A stretch of DNA of 64,000 bases, from positions 546,916 to 610,915 of the forward strand of contig NZ_CP020921.1 of NCBI RefSeq assembly GCF_003057965.1, given 5' to 3'. The notes under the pieces are model-generated. The model was not told the origin of the DNA. It did no database searches and saw only the letters and a program-made list of their open reading frames with translations. The DNA is from Thermodesulfobium acidiphilum. GTDB lineage: Bacteria > Thermodesulfobiota > Thermodesulfobiia > Thermodesulfobiales > Thermodesulfobiaceae. Shown here piece after piece: positions 29,038-38,257 of this stretch. The position numbers were made by a program, and so were the translations under genes. The first letter of the stretch is position 1. Each line of letters starts with the position of its first letter.

Positions 29038-30291
29038 TTATTGTAATTCTATTCCTTTTGTTTCTGGTAAAAAGAATATTAGAATTGCGCCGAGGAAAAA
29101 GAAAAGTGAGGTAATAGTGAGAGATACGCCAAGACCATAACTAATGGCAAAAAACCCAACAACTGTAGGTGCAAAAGCGCTTAGCGCTCTTCCAGTATTA
29201 TATGTAAAACCTACTCCCGCCCCCCTTGCTTTTGTTGGGAAGAGTTCTGAGATGAATGCTCCAAATCCACTAAAATACCCTGAACCAAAAAATCCTAGAA
29301 AGGGCCCAATTAACATTAATGTGTTTGCATCTCTTGTATGTCCATAAATATATACCAAAATTGCTGATATTATAAGATAAAAAGAAAATGTTGGTCTTCT
29401 CCCCAATCTGTCAGCTATAAAGCCAAAACTAATGTAACCTAAAAAGGCACCGATCATGGTGGGCATCATAAAGCTTGAACTCTTTACTATACTAAGTCCA
29501 GCTCCACCTTTTTCTACTGGAGAGCTTAAAAATCCAGGCAACCAGACAAATAAACCCCAATAGGCAAACATAACTGCTGAGCTAATTAAAGTGGTAATTA
29601 TTGTAAATTTAAGCAGGTATGGTTTAAAGATTTCAATGAATGATGAAATAAAAGTTCTGTTTTTATCAGTCTTTTCAATCCATATTCTTGGTTCATCTAC
29701 GAATTTTCTTACATAAAATATAAATAAAGCCGGGAGTATGCCTATAAAAAAGAGCATCCTCCACCCATATGCTGGAATAACGAAAGAGGATGCTAAAGCA
29801 GCTAAAAAATATCCTATTGCCCAACCGCTTTGCATAATGCCAATCGCTTTTCCTCTGTGTTCTGCTGGCCAGGATTCGCTTACAAGCAAGGCACCCGTAG
29901 CCCATTCACCGCCCATTCCAAGTCCAAGTAAAGTCCTTGCTATAGCAAGCTGCCAGATATTCTGAGATAAACCGCTTAAAGCCGAACAAATTGAAAAAAT
30001 TAATACAGTTGACATCAAAGCTTTTTTTCTGCCAATCTTGTCAGCGATAATGCCCCATATTATACCACCAGCAGCTGAAGATAGTAGGGTAAGAGATGCT
30101 AAAAGTCCTAGTATTGCTGTGTTTATTGACCACTCCTTCATGATACTTGTGAGGGCGAAGGCATAAAGCATAACATCAAACGCATCTAGTCCCCATCCCA
30201 TAAAACCTGCAAAAAGAGAATACCACTGGCTTTTGTTGACCTCTAAGTACCATGGAACGCTTTTTTCTGACACAGTTTGCACCCCTTCCAC
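29038..30291 (-). CDS. Major facilitator superfamily transporter (organic/aromatic acid:H+ symporter-like)
   Basis: GWGLDAFD, IADKIGRKK, GLGMGGEW, ESWPAEHRG and ELFPTKARG motifs; about 12 TM. Confidence 0.9.
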   Translation of the reverse strand: MEGVQTVSEKSVPWYLEVNKSQWYSLFAGFMGWGLDAFDVMLYAFALTSIMKEWSINTAILGLLASLTLLSSAAGGIIWGIIADKIGRKKALMSTVLIFSICSALSGLSQNIWQLAIARTLLGLGMGGEWATGALLVSESWPAEHRGKAIGIMQSGWAIGYFLAALASSFVIPAYGWRMLFFIGILPALFIFYVRKFVDEPRIWIEKTDKNRTFISSFIEIFKPYLLKFTIITTLISSAVMFAYWGLFVWLPGFLSSPVEKGGAGLSIVKSSSFMMPTMIGAFLGYISFGFIADRLGRRPTFSFYLIISAILVYIYGHTRDANTLMLIGPFLGFFGSGYFSGFGAFISELFPTKARGAGVGFTYNTGRALSAFAPTVVGFFAISYGLGVSLTITSLFFFLGAILIFFLPETKGIELQ

Positions 30292-30535
30292 TATAGAAAT
30301 TATTATAATAATACCATTAAGCGTTAGAAATTTATAATAGAGATAGTTAGTTATATATTTTAATTTTTTATAAATATATAAGAAAAACTAATAATATGTA
30401 TGGCACTAATCTATTTCTAATTTGTTAGTAGAATAATATAACTTGTTATAAAAATTTAAGAAAAAGTTATATAATATTTTGTAAGTTAATTTTAAATAAT
30501 AACTGTTTAAAATTATTCTAGGTGTGAGGTAAATA

Positions 30536-31660
30536 TTGTTTTTATATTTTATAATATTAACTTGTTTTATTAGCTGGTATTTTGTGTATCTATTTTTTAA
30601 ATTAAGAAAAAAGCATCCGGTGGATCCTAACTTTAACCCAAAAGTGCTCTTAATTACACCCTTTAAAGGATTGGAGCAAAACACCAGAGCAAATGCTTTA
30701 TCAATTTTAAATCAAGATTACAATAATATTCAGATTTACTTTGTTGTTGATTCAAAGAAGGATGAAGCATATCAAATCTTAAAAGATCTGGAGAAGGACT
30801 ATGGTAATAAATTAAGCGTTATAATCTCTGGTATTTCAAAAAGTTGTAGCCAAAAGGTATATAACATTGTAAGGGCAATTCAGAAATGTAAGGAATACGA
30901 CATACTTGTAGTTCTTGATTCTGATGGCAGTCCCTCTTCTGACTTCATTTCAAAACTAATTTCTCCACTTCGATCTGAGAGAATTTCAATTACAACCGGT
31001 TATCCAAAATATTTCCCGCCTAATAAGACATTTTTTGGTTTTGGTAGGGCTATACTTGTAAGTCTTGGAATAGTGCACGCTCTCAATCCATTTAATAGAG
31101 GTATCTGGGGTGGAGCTTTTGCTATAAAAAGAGAAGATTTCGAGAAAATTGGGGGAGTTAAAATTTGGGAAAGAAGTGTTTGTGAAGATAGAGATCTTAC
31201 CTGTGCAATTAGTAAGGCCAATCTAAACGTTTCATTTGTTCCTGAAGCCTTTTTGCATTCACCTGAAGATGCCACTTTATCTTCGTTTTTAGAATACTGG
31301 AGAAGACGGTATCTTATATTAAAACTTTGGGATAAACCGCTTTGGATTTCTTCAGGAGTTATTTATTTTGCTTTTTTGGTTCCATATATTGTTTTGCTTT
31401 TGGATCTTGTAGACCCACTGTATGAAGCTAATCTGGTTTGGACAATTGCTTCAATTCTAATTATCATTATTGGCTCGATACTTATTTTAAAGTTTGACTT
31501 CAAAGAAGAAAATCAGCTCGTTTTGAGAGCTTTCTTCTTGCCTATTTATTTTTTTGTTATGCTTTTGGCTTTTTGCCAGGGAATCTTTCAGAACGAACTT
31601 CAGTGGAGAGGGGTTACATATAAGTTTAATAAAGCGGGAAAATTAATTGTTTTGAGATAA
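30536..31660 (+). CDS. Membrane GT-A glycosyltransferase (GT2/GT21, ceramide-glucosyltransferase/HpnI-like)
   Basis: N-terminal TM, ITPFKG, QDY, QKVYN, LDSD, WGG, CEDRDL, C-terminal TMs and WRGVTY. Confidence 0.75.
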   Translation: MFLYFIILTCFISWYFVYLFFKLRKKHPVDPNFNPKVLLITPFKGLEQNTRANALSILNQDYNNIQIYFVVDSKKDEAYQILKDLEKDYGNKLSVIISGISKSCSQKVYNIVRAIQKCKEYDILVVLDSDGSPSSDFISKLISPLRSERISITTGYPKYFPPNKTFFGFGRAILVSLGIVHALNPFNRGIWGGAFAIKREDFEKIGGVKIWERSVCEDRDLTCAISKANLNVSFVPEAFLHSPEDATLSSFLEYWRRRYLILKLWDKPLWISSGVIYFAFLVPYIVLLLDLVDPLYEANLVWTIASILIIIIGSILILKFDFKEENQLVLRAFFLPIYFFVMLLAFCQGIFQNELQWRGVTYKFNKAGKLIVLR

Positions 31661-31731
31661 AAATATTTTGTTATGTTATACTTCTTATTTAACAAACATA
31701 AGGCATAAAACCTTTAAAAGGGGGTAAGAAT

Positions 31732-32670
31732 TTGAGTGTTGCTGATCGATTTACGAGATGGATAACAGGTTTTTTTACTTTATGGGTTATAATTTTTGCG
31801 CTGTTAGCATTTTATAATCCTGATTTTTTTAAATGGTTGTTGCCATATATTTCTATACTGTTGGGGATAATAATGTTTGGCGTGGGTATAACTTTGGACT
31901 TAAAGGATTTTGGTCAGATTATAAAGCAACCGAAAAATGTTATTATTGGCGTTCTTCTTCAATTTATTATTATGCCTTTGTTAGGTTTTGGGATCGTTCT
32001 TTTGTTTAAACTGCCATATCAATTAGCTGCTGGAGTTGTACTGGTTGGATGCGTCCCCTCAGGGACTGCTTCTAATGTGATGACCTTGATAGCAAAAGGA
32101 GATGTATTGCTTTCCGTTACTGTATCCTCACTTACCACTTTGCTTTCTCCTTTTGTTACCCCATATTTATACTACTGGCTTGCTGGAACATGGATTCCTA
32201 TTAATCCAAATGCTATGTTTATAGATATATTTAAAATTATTATAGTTCCAATAATTCTTGGCTTTTTGATCAGGATATTTCTGGGTGCAGAAAGGGCCAA
32301 AGCAATTTCTTATTTTTTGCCTTCTATTTCTGTTTTTGCTATTGTTTTAATTATCAGTGCCGTTGTGGCAGTTACAAGAGATAGGTTGTTATTGGTGGCA
32401 ATTCCTATTGTTATAGTTGTTGTTATGCATAATAGCTTAGGTTATTTATTTGCTTATTTGTTCTCAAAATATCTTTTTGGTATGACAGAAAAGCAAGCAA
32501 GGGCTATATCTTTTGAGGTAGGAATGCAAAATTCAGGTTTGAGTACTGTGTTGGCTATGAAATTTTTAACTCCAATTGCAGCGCTTCCCTCTATAGTTTT
32601 TAGCGTATGGCATAATATTTCAGGTTCTATGCTTGCAAATTTTTGGTCACAGAGAGATCCTGAAATATAA
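31732..32670 (+). CDS. Bile acid:Na+ symporter (BASS) family transporter, PanS-like
   Basis: LGIIMFGVG, QFIIMP, PSGTASNV, EVGMQNSGL and FSVWHNISG motifs. Confidence 0.9.
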   Translation: MSVADRFTRWITGFFTLWVIIFALLAFYNPDFFKWLLPYISILLGIIMFGVGITLDLKDFGQIIKQPKNVIIGVLLQFIIMPLLGFGIVLLFKLPYQLAAGVVLVGCVPSGTASNVMTLIAKGDVLLSVTVSSLTTLLSPFVTPYLYYWLAGTWIPINPNAMFIDIFKIIIVPIILGFLIRIFLGAERAKAISYFLPSISVFAIVLIISAVVAVTRDRLLLVAIPIVIVVVMHNSLGYLFAYLFSKYLFGMTEKQARAISFEVGMQNSGLSTVLAMKFLTPIAALPSIVFSVWHNISGSMLANFWSQRDPEI

Positions 32671-32706
32671 ACTCAATTAAAGTATATTAGGAGGTTTTAG
32701 TAAAAA

Positions 32707-33711
32707 ATGGGTTTAAAGGTTGCCGTAGTCGGTGCTACGGGAGTTGTGGGTTCTAAGATGCTTTCAATTCTTGAGGAAAGAAGTTTTCCTGCAGAAGAGG
32801 TTAAAGCTCTTGCTTCTGCTAAATCTGTTGGTAAAAGACTTTTATATAAAGGTAGGGAAATTGTTGTAGAGTTAGCAAGACCTGAAGCTTTTGAGGGCGT
32901 GAATATAGCTTTATTTTCTGCTGGTGGAGAACTTTCAAAAGAACTTGCTCCTGAAGCTGCAAAAAGAGGATGTGTAGTAATTGATAATAGTAGTGCTTGG
33001 CGTATGGATCCTGATGTTCCTCTTGTGGTTCCTGAGGTAAATGAGAACGATGTTTTTAAAAATAAAGGAATAATTGCTAATCCAAATTGTTCTACTGCTC
33101 AATTAGTTTTGGTGCTTTGGCCCTTACACAAGAGATATGGTTTAAAAAGAGTTGTAGTTTCTACATATCAAGCTGTTTCGGGTGCTGGCAAGAAAGGCAT
33201 TGATGATTTAAACAATCAAATTGATGCTATAGTTAATGGGAAAGAAATAGTTTGTAAGAAATTTCCTTATCAAATTGCTTTTAACTGCATCCCTCATATT
33301 GATGTTTTTAAAGAAAACGGTTATACAAAAGAAGAAATGAAAGTAATCGAAGAAAGTAGAAAGATTATGCACATTGATAATCTGGCAATTACTTGTACTG
33401 CAGTTAGAGTGCCTGTTTTGAATTCTCACAGTGAAAGCGTTAATGTAGAACTAGAGAAAGAGTTTGATTTAGATGAAGTTAGGGATCTTTTTTCTAAGTC
33501 TCCTGGAATTAAACTCTACGATGATTATACAAAAAACGTATATCCTATGCCTATAATAGCTACCAACAAAGATGAGACTTTTGTAGGACGAATTAGAAGA
33601 GATTTTTCAGTTAAAAATGGCTTAAATCTTTGGGTTGTATCAGATAATTTAAGAAAGGGTGCGGCACTGAATGCTGTTCAGATTGCCGAGTCATTAATAA
33701 ACAAAAAATAA
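32707..33711 (+). CDS. asd: Aspartate-semialdehyde dehydrogenase
   Basis: VGATGVVG, IDNSSAWR, ANPNCST and DNLRKGAALNAVQ motifs. Confidence 0.97.
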   Translation: MGLKVAVVGATGVVGSKMLSILEERSFPAEEVKALASAKSVGKRLLYKGREIVVELARPEAFEGVNIALFSAGGELSKELAPEAAKRGCVVIDNSSAWRMDPDVPLVVPEVNENDVFKNKGIIANPNCSTAQLVLVLWPLHKRYGLKRVVVSTYQAVSGAGKKGIDDLNNQIDAIVNGKEIVCKKFPYQIAFNCIPHIDVFKENGYTKEEMKVIEESRKIMHIDNLAITCTAVRVPVLNSHSESVNVELEKEFDLDEVRDLFSKSPGIKLYDDYTKNVYPMPIIATNKDETFVGRIRRDFSVKNGLNLWVVSDNLRKGAALNAVQIAESLINKK

Positions 33712-33739
33712 CTTTCCAAATTTAAAGGAGGTTTTTGTC

Positions 33740-34630
33740 ATGCAAGTCAATTTTGGAAGAGTTTTAACCGCAATGGTTACTCCCTTTGATGAAGATGGAA
33801 AGGTTAATTATGATGAAGCGGTTAGACTTGCTAATTTCTTACTTGAAAATGGTTCTGATGGCGTGGTTCTTGCTGGTACAACTGGTGAGTCTCCTACGCT
33901 GACTCATCAAGAAGAATTCGAACTTTTTAAAGCAGTTTATGATTCATTGAAACACAAGGGGACTATAATTGCTGGAACTGGCTCAAATTCAACTGAAACT
34001 GCTATAAACTCTACAAAGATTGCTGAAAACGTGGGGGTGCATGGAGTATTGCTTGTAGCCCCATATTATAACAAACCACCTCAGGAAGGATTGTATCAAC
34101 ATTTTAAGGCTATTGCAAAATCAACGTCTTTGCCTTGCATTTTGTACAATATTCCTGGTAGAACAGGTGTTAACGTAAATCCAGATACTATAATAAGGCT
34201 TTCAGAAATAGATAATATTGTAGCTTTAAAGGATGCAACAGGTTCAACGGAACAGGTTTCCCAGATACTTACTTCTGTAAAGGAAAATTTCTTGATTTAT
34301 AGCGGTGATGATAGTATGACACTTCCTATGTTGGCTGTAGGTGGTTACGGTGTAATTAGCGTTGCAAGTCATGTTGTAGGTCCTGAGATTAGAGAGATGA
34401 TTATGGACTTTGTTAATGGAAATATAACTAAAGCAAAGGATATGCACTTAAAACTATATCCAGTTTTTAAAGCAATGTTTACCAGTACAAATCCAATACC
34501 AGTTAAAGCAGCTACTAATCTTATAGGCTTTAAGGTTGGAAATCCAAGGCTACCCTTAGTAGCGCTTAGTAAGCCTGAATTAGAAAAACTAAAAGAACTT
34601 TTGATAAAATTCAATAAGATTTCTCGGTAA
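33740..34630 (+). CDS. dapA: 4-hydroxy-tetrahydrodipicolinate synthase
   Basis: GTTGES, PYYNKP, YNIPGRT and KDATG motifs. Confidence 0.97.
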   Translation: MQVNFGRVLTAMVTPFDEDGKVNYDEAVRLANFLLENGSDGVVLAGTTGESPTLTHQEEFELFKAVYDSLKHKGTIIAGTGSNSTETAINSTKIAENVGVHGVLLVAPYYNKPPQEGLYQHFKAIAKSTSLPCILYNIPGRTGVNVNPDTIIRLSEIDNIVALKDATGSTEQVSQILTSVKENFLIYSGDDSMTLPMLAVGGYGVISVASHVVGPEIREMIMDFVNGNITKAKDMHLKLYPVFKAMFTSTNPIPVKAATNLIGFKVGNPRLPLVALSKPELEKLKELLIKFNKISR

Positions 34631-35176
34631 ATGAAAGTACTTTTACATACTTGTTGTGGCCCCTGTGCTAGTGGAGTGATTTCCTGGTTTAGAGCACAGG
34701 GACTTGACTTTGTTGGTTATTATTATAATCCGAATATTCATCCATTTTCAGAATACGAAAAAAGAAGGCTAAATCTAGAAGAAGTTGCAAGGATATTATA
34801 TTTTGAAGTGATTTATTCTTTAGACTGGGATGTTGAAAGGTGGATAAATAGTTTTTCGAGCGAAAGAAGGTGTAGTAATTGTATATTTATACGTCTGGAA
34901 AGAACAGCCCAATTAGCAAAAGATCTAGGTTTTGATGCCTTTTCTACCACTCTTTCTATAAGTCCCTACCAACCTCTTGATGTTATAAAGAATTGTTTTG
35001 AAGAACTTTCTAATAAATATAGAATTGATCACATTTTTAAAAATTTTAGACCTTTGTATCAGGATTCTATTAAATTTTCTAAAGCAAATGGTATATATAG
35101 ACAACACTATTGTGGTTGTATTATAAGTGAATATAATATGTTAATTAAAAAAAGAGCAAGAGGTGATAAGATTTGA
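34631..35176 (+). CDS. queH: Epoxyqueuosine reductase QueH
   Basis: LLHTCCGPC, YNPNIHP, RCSNC and YRQHYCGC motifs. Confidence 0.9.
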   Translation: MKVLLHTCCGPCASGVISWFRAQGLDFVGYYYNPNIHPFSEYEKRRLNLEEVARILYFEVIYSLDWDVERWINSFSSERRCSNCIFIRLERTAQLAKDLGFDAFSTTLSISPYQPLDVIKNCFEELSNKYRIDHIFKNFRPLYQDSIKFSKANGIYRQHYCGCIISEYNMLIKKRARGDKI

Positions 35177-35397
35177 GCGAGTTTGCTAAAATTTTTATAG
35201 GAATAGGTTTTTTACTAATCTTTATGGGATTGATTTTATTATTGTTTGATAAATTGCCCTTTTTTGGAAAGCTTCCAGGTGATTTTGAATACAGAGGAAC
35301 AAATATTAGAGTTTATTTTCCTTTTTTGTCTATGTTAATTGTAAGCTTAATACTAACAATATTGCTAAACATATTTTTTTATTTCTTTAGAAGATAA
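35173..35397 (+). CDS. DUF2905 small membrane protein
   Basis: GKLPGDF and YFP motif between two TM segments; this family often neighbours queA. Confidence 0.85.
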   Translation: MSEFAKIFIGIGFLLIFMGLILLLFDKLPFFGKLPGDFEYRGTNIRVYFPFLSMLIVSLILTILLNIFFYFFRR

Positions 35398-35849
35398 AAG
35401 GCTTAAAACCTTTATTTTCTTCATCATCTTTGTTTCATTTCTCATCACTGAATCCTTTATAAATATTTTATTATATAACTAATCAAAAGTTTAAGGATTA
35501 TTAATACCTTTCTCAATTGCATATTTCTCTGAAGTAAAATAAAAGTTTGATTAAAAAATTCACGACTTTTATTGGCTTAAAGAGATATTTTTAGTAAAAT
35601 ACCAAATACTTTAGAAAAAGAAAAATTGATATAGTTTGATTTAAAAATTTCAAATTTGATGCTTAATAAATATATAATATTTTCTAATAGTTTGTGAAGT
35701 TCAAAAAAATCGCTGAATTTAAAATCTTCCTGGATAAAATTTTTTAAACTTTGAATATTTTTAGGATATGATTACTAAGATGGGTAAATCTGATATTAAT
35801 TATAAAAATATCATTTATCATCATTTTTTAGGTATGGAGGTAGTGAGAT

Positions 35850-36860
35850 TTGTTCCTTGATAAAGAATTAATGAATGATCTGTGTTATTTTCTTCCAAAT
35901 GAAAGGATCGCACAAAGTCCTATTGAACCTCGAGACAACGCAAATCTTCTAGTTGTAAATAGGGAAAAATTAAGTTTCGAAGACTGTATTGTGAGAGATT
36001 TACCTAATTTTCTGTATAAAGGCGATCTGATAATTTTAAATAATACTAAAGTAATTAAAGCAAGGCTTTATGCAATTACTGATACTTCTGCAAAGGTTGA
36101 AATACTTTTAATAAAAAAAATTGATATCAAAACTGGTTTATTTATGACAAAACCTGGAAAGAGATTAAAAAAGGGTAAAGAAATTATTATAAACAATAAA
36201 AAAATTGGGATAGTTAAGGATGTCGATTCACAAGGTAGGAGAATTATAGAGTTTTATGAAGAAATTGATACAATACTTGAAGAATTCGGAATGATCCCAA
36301 TACCGCCATATGTAAAAAAATTTAGTAAAGATTTTAACGAGAAATATCAAACAAAATTTGCAAATGTGCCTGGTTCTGTTGCTGCGCCAACAGCTGGACT
36401 TCACTTTACTGATAATTTATTAGAAGAATTAAGAGAGAAAGGAGTTTTAATTAAATTTATAACTCTTCATGTAGGTCCTGGAACGTTTAAGTCTCTTTCA
36501 AATGAAGGCGAAGTCCTATTAGAACCTGAATGGGTAGATATTTCACAGGATGTTTGCGATTCTATTAAGAAAGCTAAAGGGAATAATAATAAAATTCTTG
36601 TTGTTGGTACTACAACAATGAGAACTGTCGAGTCTACAAATTTAGAGCCATACAGTGGTTATATAGATACTATAATATTACCAGGGTATAATTTTAAAGT
36701 CCCGGATATGTTTATGACTAACTTTCATCTTCCAAAAACAAGTCTTTTAGCGCTTACTATGGCTTTTGGCGGCATTGAATTAATTAAAAAAGCTTATAGC
36801 TATGCTATAGAAAATGATTATAGGTTTTACTCTTTTGGCGATGCTATGCTAATTATTTGA
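35850..36860 (+). CDS. queA: S-adenosylmethionine:tRNA ribosyltransferase-isomerase
   Basis: IAQSP, NNTKVIKARL, GSVAAPTAGLHF, TNFHLPKT and YRFYSFGDAM motifs. Confidence 0.97.
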   Translation: MFLDKELMNDLCYFLPNERIAQSPIEPRDNANLLVVNREKLSFEDCIVRDLPNFLYKGDLIILNNTKVIKARLYAITDTSAKVEILLIKKIDIKTGLFMTKPGKRLKKGKEIIINNKKIGIVKDVDSQGRRIIEFYEEIDTILEEFGMIPIPPYVKKFSKDFNEKYQTKFANVPGSVAAPTAGLHFTDNLLEELREKGVLIKFITLHVGPGTFKSLSNEGEVLLEPEWVDISQDVCDSIKKAKGNNNKILVVGTTTMRTVESTNLEPYSGYIDTIILPGYNFKVPDMFMTNFHLPKTSLLALTMAFGGIELIKKAYSYAIENDYRFYSFGDAMLII

Positions 36861-36928
36861 CCTTTTCTCTCGCAAAAGCAAGAGGATTTTGTAAGTTATA
36901 TTAAACTACCTTACAGAATGCTATTCGC

Positions 36929-37122
36929 TTATCTTTTGGTAAATGCAGAGTTGATAGCTTTCTGTAAATCCTTTAAGGTTTTTTGTAGTGTTTGGGATGG
37001 TGCTTTATTATTTGAAAGCTCATATTGTTGCGTTGATTTTCAAAACAAAAGCATATTTGCTAAATCATAGTAATTTGGCAGATAGCTTTAAGTTTAAATT
37101 TAATAGTTTAACAAATTTTCAT
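36929..37122 (-). pseudogene. tnpB: tnpB N-terminal relic
   Basis: ATG at 37122 with KFKLK, then in another frame YLPNYYDLANMLLF*KSTQQYELSNNKAPSQTLQKTLKDLQKAINSAF; contains a stop, frameshifts and deletions. Confidence 0.7.
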
Positions 37123-37143
37123 AAGAAAATTATGATTCGGTCT

Positions 37144-37240
37144 ATGAAAAAGTGAGGTGAGATTAGAACAGGCGACACTGTGTATTTACAATGTATATTC
37201 ATCTGGTATTTGCTACCAAATACAGAAAAAACATATGCTT
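37144..37240 (+). pseudogene. tnpA: IS200-type tnpA (Y1 HUH transposase) N-terminal relic
   Basis: MKK*GEIRTG, then a frameshift, then HCVFTMYIHLVFATKYRK, matching the HLVFxTKYR hallmark. Confidence 0.75.
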
Positions 37241-37290
37241 AAAGACAGAGCTTGTATGGGAAAAAATCTATAAAAATATAAAAAAAATAC

Positions 37291-37316
37291 AAAAATCCCC
37301 CACTCAAAGTGGGGGA
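37291..37316 (-). terminator. Intrinsic terminator of hsp20
   Basis: TCCCCCACT-caa-AGTGGGGGA hairpin with a T-tract on the minus strand, 25 bp after the hsp20 stop. Confidence 0.75.
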
Positions 37317-37341
37317 ATATCTGAATTCCTTAATATTATTT

Positions 37342-37812
37342 TTATTTCTTTACTTCTTTAACAAAGTTAACAGGTATTTCTTTTGGCTGAGATTCTGGTT
37401 TTTTGGGCATGGTAATCTTTAAAAGACCATTTTCATATTTAGCTTCGATTTTATCTTTCTCTATGTTATCTGGCAAGGAAAAGCTTCTTGAAAAGCTGCC
37501 ATAACTCCTTTCAATTCGATAATAATTTTCTTTTTTATCTTCCTTTTCAAATTTTCTTTCGCCATTAATGGTAAGCATGCCATCCTCAATTTTGATCTTT
37601 AAATCATCTTCTTTGAGACCTGGCGCTTCCACTTCAATAATTATATTTCCTTCTTTTTCATAAACATCCATTGCAGGTATCCAACGAGAGGTAGTTTCAA
37701 ACTCCGTTGAGGGCAGCAAGTCGTTAAAAACTTTATTAATCCTTTCCTGCAGAGCAAATAAACTTTCAAAAGGATCTGATGACCTTAATAAAGATCTAAC
37801 AGGCTTTAGCAT
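37342..37812 (-). CDS. Small heat-shock protein Hsp20/alpha-crystallin family
   Basis: WIPAMDVYE, ERSYGSFSRSFSLP and YENGLLKITMPK. Start moved to ATG 37812, which follows SD GGAGGTG. Confidence 0.95.
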   Translation of the reverse strand: MLKPVRSLLRSSDPFESLFALQERINKVFNDLLPSTEFETTSRWIPAMDVYEKEGNIIIEVEAPGLKEDDLKIKIEDGMLTINGERKFEKEDKKENYYRIERSYGSFSRSFSLPDNIEKDKIEAKYENGLLKITMPKKPESQPKEIPVNFVKEVKK

Positions 37813-37835
37813 ACTAACACCTCCTAATTTTTTTA

Positions 37836-37862
37836 TTAGCACTCATCATTCTTGGGTGCTAA
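37836..37862. promoter_or_regulatory. CIRCE element (HrcA operator)
   Basis: TTAGCACTC-N9-GGGTGCTAA, one mismatch from the consensus TTAGCACTC-N9-GAGTGCTAA; lies between the hsp20 promoter and RBS. Confidence 0.92.
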
Positions 37863-37866
37863 TAAT

Positions 37867-37894
37867 ATTATAATAATAAAATTTATCTTGTCAA
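37867..37894 (-). promoter_or_regulatory. Sigma-70/SigA promoter of hsp20
   Basis: Minus strand TTGACA-N16-TATAAT directly upstream of CIRCE. Confidence 0.8.
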
Positions 37895-38010
37895 TAGGTG
37901 GAATTGCTTCATTAAAAATCTAAATGAAAAATAAAAAAGCTTAAAAAATAATATCGTGGATAGTGTGAATATTAACTCATAGAATATATTTGGGATTTAC
38001 ATAATTAAAT

Positions 38011-38040
38011 TTGACTAATTCGGTATAAGTAGGTTATAAT
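38011..38040 (+). promoter_or_regulatory. Sigma-70/SigA promoter of the tRNA gene
   Basis: TTGACT-N18-TATAAT, 14 bp upstream of the tRNA. Confidence 0.65.
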
Positions 38041-38054
38041 ATCACACGAAAGTA

Positions 38055-38129
<75 letters not shown>

Positions 38130-38147
38130 ATTTAAATTTAGGATTTT

Positions 38148-38197
38148 AAGTCACGAAGACTTATGTTTTTATATGTCTTTGTGACTTTTTTGTTTTT
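38148..38197 (+). terminator. Intrinsic terminator after the tRNA
   Basis: AAGTCACGAAGAC...GTCTTTGTGACTT stem followed by TTTTGTTTTT. Confidence 0.75.
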
Positions 38198-38257
38198 GGA
38201 GGAGGTGATAAATCTTTTATTTTTTTTATTGAATAAAAAATACTTGGGAGGGTTATT

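Larger units (their letters stand above)
36857..37240. mobile_element. Degenerate IS200/IS605-family element (divergent tnpB and tnpA relics plus a right-end hairpin)
   Basis: Minus strand: TnpB-like fragments and a right end AATCCTCTTGC-TTTT-GCGAGAGAAAAGGTCAA. Plus strand: TnpA-like HCVFTMYIHLVFATKYRK. Confidence 0.75.

Noticed and set aside
37291-37316. Hairpin as the IS605 left end
   Set aside because: Its position and minus-strand T-tract fit the hsp20 terminator better, and no left-end motif could be identified.
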